A DNA stretch of 61,139 nt from an uncultured bacterium (lineage in GTDB: Bacteria > Bacteroidota > Rhodothermia > Rhodothermales > DASSAV01), in assembly GCA_965365445.1 (NCBI GenBank), contig CBDUBS010000002.1, forward strand, positions 1 through 61,139, read 5' to 3'. Position 1 is the first letter of the stretch. Every line of letters starts with the position of its first letter. Positions 53,645-61,139 of the stretch are shown here, one piece after another. Made by a program: the position numbers and the translations under genes. The notes under the pieces are model-generated. The model was given only the letters and a program-made list of their open reading frames with translations. It was not told the DNA's origin and ran no database searches.

Positions 53645-54892
53645 TCAGCTGAAACGAATGACCCGGATCGGATCGATGCGGGATGCCACGCGTGCCGGTA
53701 TGTAGGCGGCAAGCAGGCAGAGCGCCAGTGTAACTACGAGTACGATGAGGAAGTCCAGAGGATTCAGATCGATCGGCGCCGTATCCATATAGTACGCCTC
53801 CGCAGGTAAAGGGATGATGCCGAACCGCTCCTGTAGCAGGGCCAGGACGAGGGCCAGCGCCTCCCCGATGATCGTTCCAACAAGCCCGATGAGCAGACCG
53901 AGCCAGAGAAAAAGACGCCGCAGTACGCGCCGGGAGGCCCCCATGCTCTGCAAAACCCCTATTTCACCCGTCTTTTCCAGTACGATCATGAGCAAAGCCC
54001 CAATGATGTTGAACGCCGCCACGATAACGATGACGCCAATGACGAGCGGGATGATGTTTTCCTGAAGGTTCACCCACGCAAACAGGCCGCGCCATACCTC
54101 GAAGATCGTGCGGGACATGACCGGAAAACCAAACGTAACCTCCACCGAATCAGAAACCGTTTCGGCAAGGCGCGTATCGCTCAGGGTCAGGTCGAATCGG
54201 GTAACTTCATCCGGGGCGTAGCCGAGAAAACCACGGGCCGCTTCGAGGTTCGTGAATACATAAATTTCGTCGAAGTTCTCCAGGAAGGTTTCATAGATGC
54301 CCGTCACGACGAATGGCTTTACACGCGGTCTGCGGGCCCCGGACAGACCGGCATCGGCGTCGAGGCCGCGCAGGGAGAATCCGGCGATCCGGTCTCCGAC
54401 ATCGGCGCCGATCAAACGGGCCAGCTTCGCCCCGATAACTATACCTGTCGCCTCGGTCGTATCGGAGGAAAAGACGGGGCCTCCCTGGATCATCTGGCGT
54501 CTTAGATAGGGCGGAAGGCTGTCCACACCCCAGAGCATGACTCCTTCGATGGCATCGGAGGTACGGCGCAACAGCACGAATTCCTGGATGACCGGAGCCA
54601 CCCGGATGACCTGTGGAAACCGGGCGAGCCGGAAAGCCATGCTTTCCGCATCCGAAAGCGGCTCGTCCTGGATGCTTTCCACCTGTACGTGGGCGCCGAA
54701 CCCCGTTATTTTTTCCTTGATCTCCCCGCTGAACCCCCGCACGATAGAAAGGGACAGAAGCAACGCCGCCACGCCCACAGCCACTCCACCGACCGCTACC
54801 AGAATGATGAAATGCAGAAACCGCCGACCTTCCCGTGCCCCCTCCGCGCCGCGTAGATACCGGCCTGCAATAAACCGCTCGAATCGTAGCAT
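53645..54892 (-). CDS. Lipoprotein-releasing system permease (LolC/LolE, FtsX family)
   Basis: 415 aa. MLRFERFIAGRYLR, a MacB-like periplasmic domain, and C-terminal FtsX helices (LEKTGEIGVLQSMGA). Confidence 0.9.
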   Translation of the reverse strand: MLRFERFIAGRYLRGAEGAREGRRFLHFIILVAVGGVAVGVAALLLSLSIVRGFSGEIKEKITGFGAHVQVESIQDEPLSDAESMAFRLARFPQVIRVAPVIQEFVLLRRTSDAIEGVMLWGVDSLPPYLRRQMIQGGPVFSSDTTEATGIVIGAKLARLIGADVGDRIAGFSLRGLDADAGLSGARRPRVKPFVVTGIYETFLENFDEIYVFTNLEAARGFLGYAPDEVTRFDLTLSDTRLAETVSDSVEVTFGFPVMSRTIFEVWRGLFAWVNLQENIIPLVIGVIVIVAAFNIIGALLMIVLEKTGEIGVLQSMGASRRVLRRLFLWLGLLIGLVGTIIGEALALVLALLQERFGIIPLPAEAYYMDTAPIDLNPLDFLIVLVVTLALCLLAAYIPARVASRIDPIRVIRFS

Positions 54893-55146
54893 GGTAGGCC
54901 GGTTATACGCGATGAACGTTGAGGTAGAAGCAGGCCGATGTACTGCGGCTTGTTGCCGGATTCGAAAGTAATGGATCGGCGGCTCGATTGCAGATACGAA
55001 TCCGAAAATTCGAGGACTATCAGACCGATTGGTTTATTAACTTCTCCCATTCGGATGTCCCCGCTCTTTCACCAACAGGCGAGTGGATACGCCGGAGCGG
55101 TTTGTAGAACCTCCGTCCAGTGCTTCCTCCTGCCAGGGTACCTGAT

Positions 55147-56778
55147 ATGAACAACGCCATACCTCGCATTCCTCAACCGATCAACGAGCCCGTACTTTCG
55201 TATGCCCCAGGCTCCACGGAACGAAAAGCCATCAAGCTGGCCATCGAGGACCTGAAGAGCCGATCCGTTGATATACCGGCAATCATCGACGGCCGCGAAG
55301 TGTTTACAGGGGATACCGCGCCGATCCGGCCCCCCCACGAACTCGGACACACACTGGGCGCCGCCCATTTCTGCGGCGGCGAAGAGGTGAAAGCCGCCAT
55401 CGCCGCAGCCGAAAAGGCCCAGCCTGAGTGGTCGCGTATGCCGTGGACGGACCGTGCAGCCATTTTTCTGAAAGCGGCGGACCTGCTGGCCGGACGAATG
55501 CGATACCAGATCAATGCCGCCACGATGCTCGGACAAAGCAAAAACGTGCATCAGGCCGAGATCGATGCCGCCTGTGAGATGATCGACTTCCTGAGGTTCA
55601 ATGCTTACTTCATGGAGCAAATCTACCGGGACCAGCCGTTTTCTCCAGCCGGACAGTGGAACCGGCTGGAGTACCGCCCGCTGGAAGGATTCATTTTTGC
55701 GGTTACCCCCTTCAATTTCAGCTCCATACAAGGGAACCTGCCCACGGCCCCGGCCATCATGGGTAATACGGTCATATGGAAGCCCGCATCCAGTACGGTA
55801 TACTCCGCCTACTTTTTCTATAACGTGCTCCGGGAGGCCGGTCTACCCGACGGAGTCATTAATATGGTGCCCGGCCGCGGAGCCGCCGTTGGCGATCCGG
55901 TGTTTGCCTCTCCGAAGTTCGCCGGCCTGCACTTCACCGGGTCCACGGGTACGTTTCAGTACATGTGGAAAACCATTGCCGAGAACCTGCCCCGGTATAA
56001 AACCTACCCACGTATCGTCGGAGAAACCGGCGGCAAGGATTTCATCATTGCGCATCCATCGGCCGACCCGGTGGCCGTCTCCACGGCCATCGTACGGGGT
56101 GGTTTCGAGTATCAGGGCCAGAAATGCTCCGCCGTCTCCCGGTGCTATCTCCCGATGTCACTCTGGCCGTATATCCGGAAGGATCTGTTCGAGCAGCTCG
56201 ACCAGATAAAAATGGGCAGCGTCGAGGATTTTAGTGTGTTTTTCAATGCGGTTATCGATAAGGCGGCGTTCAAGAACATAACCGGCTATATCGATCATGC
56301 CCGCGACGCGGACGGGGTGGAGATCATTCATGGAGGCGGCTATTCCGATGAAGAGGGATACTTCATAGAACCGACCGTGATTATGGTTCAGGATCCGCAC
56401 TACCGGACCATGTGTGAAGAGATCTTCGGGCCGGTCGTTACCCTATTCCTTTACGACGACAACCAGTTCGAGGAAACGCTTGATCTGCTGGATCAATCTT
56501 CCCCCTACGGCCTCACCGGCGCCGTATTCGCACAGGATCGCAAAGCCATAAACCTGGCCACGGAGCGGCTCGTCCATGCCGCCGGCAACTTCTACATAAA
56601 CGACAAGCCTACCGGCGCCGTGGTGGGGCAACAACCGTTCGGCGGCGCACGAGCTTCCGGTACGAATGACAAAGCCGGCTCCTACCTAAACCTGATCCGG
56701 TGGGTATCAGCCAGGTCCATAAAAGAAACCTTCGATCCGGCGCGGCATCACGGGTATCCATTCATGCTGCCCGAGTAG
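55147..56778 (+). CDS. pruA: L-glutamate gamma-semialdehyde (1-pyrroline-5-carboxylate) dehydrogenase
   Basis: 543 aa from the ATG at aa 10. Aldehyde dehydrogenase catalytic motifs ETGGKDF and GQKCSA, and a PruA-type N-terminus. Confidence 0.94.
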   Translation: MNNAIPRIPQPINEPVLSYAPGSTERKAIKLAIEDLKSRSVDIPAIIDGREVFTGDTAPIRPPHELGHTLGAAHFCGGEEVKAAIAAAEKAQPEWSRMPWTDRAAIFLKAADLLAGRMRYQINAATMLGQSKNVHQAEIDAACEMIDFLRFNAYFMEQIYRDQPFSPAGQWNRLEYRPLEGFIFAVTPFNFSSIQGNLPTAPAIMGNTVIWKPASSTVYSAYFFYNVLREAGLPDGVINMVPGRGAAVGDPVFASPKFAGLHFTGSTGTFQYMWKTIAENLPRYKTYPRIVGETGGKDFIIAHPSADPVAVSTAIVRGGFEYQGQKCSAVSRCYLPMSLWPYIRKDLFEQLDQIKMGSVEDFSVFFNAVIDKAAFKNITGYIDHARDADGVEIIHGGGYSDEEGYFIEPTVIMVQDPHYRTMCEEIFGPVVTLFLYDDNQFEETLDLLDQSSPYGLTGAVFAQDRKAINLATERLVHAAGNFYINDKPTGAVVGQQPFGGARASGTNDKAGSYLNLIRWVSARSIKETFDPARHHGYPFMLPE

Positions 56779-56873
56779 CGTCCGCCGCACGAACGGTTCT
56801 TTGACAGCCACGCACCGAAAAAGGAAAACATTTGGCCGCACCGGGGGAAAAGGAGGAACAGTCGCACATATTC

Positions 56874-57332
56874 ATGAGCACACGCCACCCAGGGCGTGTG
56901 AGAGCGCCCAATCTCCTGGCGCAGTTGCTGCTTCGGAAGCTGGCCGTGGCGATGTTGCCTCTGATGATAGTGACCCTGACGGGGGTGTTGCATACGCACG
57001 ACATCCGCGCCTACCTCGTCTTCGGCTTGCCTGCGGCAGTCGTCGTGGCGGTCGCATGGACGGCGTTCGAGATGCGGCTGTTGATCGTAGAAGTTCGGAT
57101 CAGGCACGGATACGCGGCAATTTGCACCCTGTGGCATTGCATGAGCGCCAGGCAGGACGATCCCTGGTTGCCTGTGTTTGATGTGAGACGTTCCCGCGCC
57201 TCCATTATCGTGGGCCTGGGGGATGCCGTTTATGAGTTTCGCGACACGGACTGGCCGCAATACGAAGCCATGCTGGAAGCATTCGTCCAGAGCAAGGAGT
57301 GGCCTTCGTCCGCGGGCATCCCCCCATCCTGA
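56874..57332 (+). CDS. Hypothetical membrane protein (two TM helices plus a small soluble domain)
   Basis: 152 aa from the ATG. Hydrophobic segments LAVAMLPLMIVTLTGVL and YLVFGLPAAVVVAVAWTAF. It ends 6 nt before the GntR gene. Confidence 0.5.
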   Translation: MSTRHPGRVRAPNLLAQLLLRKLAVAMLPLMIVTLTGVLHTHDIRAYLVFGLPAAVVVAVAWTAFEMRLLIVEVRIRHGYAAICTLWHCMSARQDDPWLPVFDVRRSRASIIVGLGDAVYEFRDTDWPQYEAMLEAFVQSKEWPSSAGIPPS

Positions 57333-57338
57333 TCGCCG

Positions 57339-58259
57339 ATGATTACGATAGACCGGTCTTCATCCATTCCCGTCCTGGATCAACTGGTGGTTCGGTTGCG
57401 GTACCTCATTGCGGGAGGCCGCATACCCATGGGCGATCCCCTACCGTCTACGCGCGCGCTGGCGGCTCAGGCAGGGGTAAGCTTCCATACGGTGCGCAAG
57501 GCCTATCACCAGCTTCAGAAGGAAGGTATCATCGAACTGACACCCGAAGGCAGGTTCCGCATCACCCAGCGGACGCCCTTGCCGAAAAGCGAGCGAATGG
57601 AAAAGGGCGCCGCCATCATACACGAAGCGCTGGAAAAAATGGTCGGTCTCGGGCTTCAGGGAGAGGACATCGAGTATCTTCTGCAAGAACAAGTCGATAT
57701 GATGGATTCCGAGTCGGTCCGAAGGAAGCTCGTGTTCGTCGGCCCTTACCGTGAAATGGCCGAACTGTGCGCCGAGCAGCTAGAAAAGGCGCTTCAGCAG
57801 CCGGTATTCGGGGTGGGCCTCGATGAAGCGGGACGACACAGGGACGCAGATTACGTTTTTTCGTTGTTCTCGTCGCTCCAGAGCACCGCCGACCTCCTTC
57901 CTCACGTTGACGCCATCGGGGTCTTGGTTCACTTCAACCAGGAAGCACTGGACCGGGTGGCCCGTCTGTTGAGCCACCAGACTGTCGGAATCGTCGCCAG
58001 AGACAATCAGTCTCTGCCCCACATCATGGCTGAACTCAAATCCTGTACGGGTTTCACCGGGCAAATGATTGCGGCTACCATAGACGAACGGCCTCACCAC
58101 CTGAACACCCTGCTGGCCCGGGTCGATGTGCTGCTCATCACACCACCGTGCCGGAGGCGTATCCGTTCCCTGTTGAACCAGGAGCGGCCGTTTACGCTCG
58201 TGCACCCCCTCGTGAGCGCCGACTCCATCGAGGTCATCATGAAGTCGATCCCGGTATGA
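57339..58259 (+). CDS. GntR-family transcriptional regulator with an atypical C-terminal domain of about 220 aa
   Basis: 306 aa. Winged-helix LPSTRALAAQAGVSFHTVRKAYHQLQKEGIIE. I do not recognise the C-terminal domain as FadR, HutC, MocR or YtrA type. Confidence 0.85.
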   Translation: MITIDRSSSIPVLDQLVVRLRYLIAGGRIPMGDPLPSTRALAAQAGVSFHTVRKAYHQLQKEGIIELTPEGRFRITQRTPLPKSERMEKGAAIIHEALEKMVGLGLQGEDIEYLLQEQVDMMDSESVRRKLVFVGPYREMAELCAEQLEKALQQPVFGVGLDEAGRHRDADYVFSLFSSLQSTADLLPHVDAIGVLVHFNQEALDRVARLLSHQTVGIVARDNQSLPHIMAELKSCTGFTGQMIAATIDERPHHLNTLLARVDVLLITPPCRRRIRSLLNQERPFTLVHPLVSADSIEVIMKSIPV

Positions 58260-58334
58260 GTGCGTGTACAGGCAGGTAAGTGAACGTAATCCGCCTTCAC
58301 TCATGGCCGGTCCGCCGCCACTCGATCACCCGGC

Positions 58335-60584
58335 TCACTGTGAGGCCAGCGACCCGCTTTCTATTTCACGAACGAGCCGATCCGCATCGTAAACAGACCG
58401 TAAGGATTCGAGAATGCCTCTGGAATCGACCGATACCGCCCGCTCCACGATGCTACGGAAAAGGTAATTATTGGGCAGGCTCTCGATGTTTCCATCGAAC
58501 ACGAGGCCGACGATTTCAAGGTTCTTGTTCACCAACGGCGAGCCCGAGTTGCCGCCCGTGATGTCGTTAGTGGAAACCAGATTGAACGGAGTGGATAGTT
58601 TGAGCCGGTTTCTGCGCTCGATCCATCGCGCCGGCAGGTCCCAATCCTCCTTCTGGTAGGAGTAATAGGCGTCGTAAAGGCCATAGAAGGTTGTATGCGG
58701 GGGAGCGATGGTCCCATTGTACGGATACCCGAGCACCACCCCGTCAGCCAGCCGCAACGAAAACGAGGCGTCAGGAGGAACTTGCGTTCCATAAACGGCA
58801 AAACGGGCGCGGGCCAGCGAAGCATTCAGACTCTTCTCTCGCGCCTGCACGTCGTCCACCTGCTGCGATACGGTAAAATACAGCGGAGCCAGCGCGTCAA
58901 TGACGCCAACCGTCACATCGTCGCTGGACATAAAGCCTTTTTCAAGGAGACCCGCGAAGGAGGCCGAATCGGCAAGGGCTGTTTTTTCAACTATTTCATC
59001 GGCCACTTCTTCCGGCGTCCTTCCCTGAAGCACTCTTCGCAAGGTCGGGTCGGTTACCCCCAGCGCATTCTGCAGCGACCGTAGACGGCTCGTGATGAAT
59101 CCCTTTTCAACCGGCGAAGGTCGATCCGTCACCTTCAGAGCTTCCTTTTTTATCGAGGTCAGTCGTTCCTGAGGAGCGCCGCGCTGTTTGAGGATCGAAT
59201 AAATGTAACCGTACAGCGCCCGCAGGAGGATGTGTGAGCCAATCTGGTCCGAACCGAAACCAATGAAGGCATTGCTCTGGTTGAGCGTTGCCGATTTGGT
59301 TCGCTGCAAATCCTTGATCTGGTCGATGAGTTTACCATACTGGCTGTCGAGCGAGTCGGCGCCCGCAATGGCCGTTTGCAGGGCGCGTTCCGACGCGGCG
59401 CGCCGAGCGATCAGGTAAGGATCCTGTAAACCTTCCAGTTGCCCCTGATTGGCCTTGATGCTATTGGAGATCGAAAAATAGGCATTGCGCAGATCGTACT
59501 TCTCCGCTTCTTCCGGATTCGCCTCGATGAAGTCCATCAGGATGCGTGCACGGTCCCGAAGCACCTCGAGTTCGGCCGGCAACGTATAGTCCCGTTCGAA
59601 CTCCAGTTGGCTGATCGTATTCAGGCGGCTGGTCGAGCCGGGATTCCCGATCACGAACACGGTTTCCCCTTCGGCGGCTCCGTTATCCGACCACGGAAAG
59701 TACTCCGGTGTGGTGAGCGGCTTGCCCTGCACATCGTACGCCCGGAAAAAGCTCATATCCAGAGCGTACCGCGGATAGGTAAAATTATCCGGATCGCCCC
59801 CGAAGAACCCGAGTTCCACTTCGGGCGCCATCACGAGGCGGATGTCGTTGTACCGTTTGAACGTATAGGCCGAATACTTTCCGCCGTTGTACAGTTCGAT
59901 CACCTGAACATGGTACGTCGTATCCCGCGTTTTGGCTTCCGAAGTCATGCGTTCCTGTATGCGCGTCACGGCATTGCTGACGGCTTCGGCCCGGGCGGCC
60001 GCATCGGCGCTTTTCCCGGACGAGGAATACACTTCATTCGTTACATCCGTTATGGAAACGAGCTGATCGACGTACAAATCTTTGACCTTACGCTCCTGCT
60101 CAAGAGTTTCGGCATAGAAGCCGTTCTCCAACAGGTTTTCGCCGGGTTTGCTGACGGCCGTAACACTTTCTCTGCCGCAGTGATGGTTGGTCAGGATGAG
60201 GCCGTTCGGAGACACGAACGAGGCAGAGCAGTAGCTGGCAAACCGGAGGGCCCCCGAACGGGCTTTCTGGAACCATGCTTCATCCGGCGTAAAATTGTAG
60301 GCCTGAGTGAAGTAGGCGGTCGGCGGGTTATCGAATGTCCACATCTTACCCGCATCGAACCGCTGGGCGGCCACCGTGTCGAAACCGGCAGGCATAGAGG
60401 TCAACGCAATCGGCTCGGCCGGGGCGTCGCCCGGTGCAGACGTCCCCGCCCGTGGCGTAGCCGGTTCCGGACGCTCCGTTACGACGGCCGTTTCGCCGGA
60501 ACCGGCACATCCGGCTAGCACCGCAAAAAAAGCGGCCAGAAAGAGGGTCTGAATGGAAAGCCTGTTGAACATGATACCGTACAT
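58335..60584 (-). CDS. Peptidase S46 (dipeptidyl-peptidase 7/11-like), probable lipoprotein
   Basis: 749 aa. Lipobox in FFAVLAGCAGSG, catalytic His in LILTNHHCG, and Ser in TGGNSGSPLVN. An alternative ATG lies at 60572. Confidence 0.92.
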   Translation of the reverse strand: MYGIMFNRLSIQTLFLAAFFAVLAGCAGSGETAVVTERPEPATPRAGTSAPGDAPAEPIALTSMPAGFDTVAAQRFDAGKMWTFDNPPTAYFTQAYNFTPDEAWFQKARSGALRFASYCSASFVSPNGLILTNHHCGRESVTAVSKPGENLLENGFYAETLEQERKVKDLYVDQLVSITDVTNEVYSSSGKSADAAARAEAVSNAVTRIQERMTSEAKTRDTTYHVQVIELYNGGKYSAYTFKRYNDIRLVMAPEVELGFFGGDPDNFTYPRYALDMSFFRAYDVQGKPLTTPEYFPWSDNGAAEGETVFVIGNPGSTSRLNTISQLEFERDYTLPAELEVLRDRARILMDFIEANPEEAEKYDLRNAYFSISNSIKANQGQLEGLQDPYLIARRAASERALQTAIAGADSLDSQYGKLIDQIKDLQRTKSATLNQSNAFIGFGSDQIGSHILLRALYGYIYSILKQRGAPQERLTSIKKEALKVTDRPSPVEKGFITSRLRSLQNALGVTDPTLRRVLQGRTPEEVADEIVEKTALADSASFAGLLEKGFMSSDDVTVGVIDALAPLYFTVSQQVDDVQAREKSLNASLARARFAVYGTQVPPDASFSLRLADGVVLGYPYNGTIAPPHTTFYGLYDAYYSYQKEDWDLPARWIERRNRLKLSTPFNLVSTNDITGGNSGSPLVNKNLEIVGLVFDGNIESLPNNYLFRSIVERAVSVDSRGILESLRSVYDADRLVREIESGSLASQ

Positions 60585-60609
60585 GATGAAAATGCGCCGT
60601 GCGGGCCTG

Positions 60610-60654
60610 AAAAAAACGGAATGCCCGGACAGGCTCGTCTCCTGCCTACCCGGG
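60610..60654 (-). terminator. Probable terminator between the two S46 genes
   Basis: On the minus strand, an imperfect stem CCCGG(gtagg)CAGG ... CCTGTCCGGG is followed by CATTCCG and 7 T. Coordinates are hand-counted. Confidence 0.45.
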
Positions 60655-60667
60655 CTGTAAACGAACG

Positions 60668-61139
60668 TTAACGAGAGGCTGTATCCGCTTCCTGTTCCGT
60701 GGGAACGAGCCTGCCCGTTTTCAACTCGATGGCAAGCCGATCGGCTCCATACAGGTCATCTATCGATTCGAGAATGCCGCGCGAGTCCACCGCGACGGCC
60801 CGGAAATTCTCCGGTCGATATATGAAGGACGACGGCAGGCTTTCGATATTGCCGTCGAACACGAGTCCGACGACCTGGAGATCGCGATTGACCATCGGCG
60901 AGCCCGAGTTGCCGCCAATGATGTCGGCCGTTGCGACGAGGTTCATGGGGGTAGACAGGTCGAATTCCTCCGGAGGAGTCAGCCAGCGCTGCGGCACGTC
61001 CCACTCGCTCCCCGGTCCGTAAGAATAATAGTGATCGTAAACCCCGTAGAAGGTGGTATGTGGAGGGGCTACGGTCCCGTTATACGGATAGCCTTGCACC
61101 ACACCATCGGCGAGCCGCAGCGAGAACGTGGCATCGGGA
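60668..61139 (-). CDS. Second S46-family peptidase, C-terminal part only (5' end beyond the window)
   Basis: The frame stays open upstream of the ORF-track GTG at 61102 (PDATFSLRLADGVVQGYPYNG...). IGGNSGSPMVN is present. It aligns closely with residues of the neighbouring S46 protein (PDASFSLRLADGVVLGYPYNG...). Confidence 0.9.
   Translation of the reverse strand, partial: PDATFSLRLADGVVQGYPYNGTVAPPHTTFYGVYDHYYSYGPGSEWDVPQRWLTPPEEFDLSTPMNLVATADIIGGNSGSPMVNRDLQVVGLVFDGNIESLPSSFIYRPENFRAVAVDSRGILESIDDLYGADRLAIELKTGRLVPTEQEADTASR

Noticed and set aside
1-61139. Scan for CRISPR arrays, IS elements, integrases, toxin-antitoxin pairs, reverse transcriptases and other defence or mobile signatures
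   Set aside because: No spaced direct repeats, transposase- or integrase-like translations, or typical defence-gene motifs were seen in any frame of the ORF track. The window reads as core chromosome.

Overview
GC-rich bacterial chromosomal segment. Gene content and synteny look Bacteroidota/Rhodothermota-like: an ileS - DksA-like - lspA operon, a long type-2 IleS, S46 dipeptidyl-peptidases, and S16 with a long charged tail. That placement is inference only. I call 55 protein-coding genes (one is a speculative small ORF, two run off the window edges), one tRNA-Lys(CUU), five hairpin terminators and two notable stem-loops. I saw no rRNA, CRISPR array, transposase, integrase, phage or recognisable defence genes. 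The window is mostly core housekeeping: ffh-rpsP, polA, xseAB-dxs, lepA/lepB, ileS/lspA, gltA, pruA, moaDE. The most organised block is a nine-gene, single-strand cluster (40834..50289). It encodes split B12-dependent methylmalonyl-CoA mutase + MeaB + epimerase + a four-subunit Na+-translocating methylmalonyl-CoA decarboxylase + a CoA-transferase, i.e. a complete succinate-to-propionate route. The most unusual raw-sequence signal is a perfect 37-nt palindrome with an adjacent 12-bp palindrome inside the divIVA-like coding region. I found no convincing evidence for a wholly new multi-gene system. The candidates for unknown biology are isolated conserved hypotheticals embedded in housekeeping operons (18272..18790, 21270..22058, 28806..29510, 56874..57332), an enlarged loop in the decarboxylase beta subunit, and a histidine-kinase pair with no output domain. 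All protein calls rest on motifs recognised by eye in the supplied translations, with no database search. CDS ends come from the ORF track, with starts trimmed in multiples of three. Hand-counted RNA and hairpin coordinates were cross-checked against ORF-track frames where possible but may be off by 1-2 nt.
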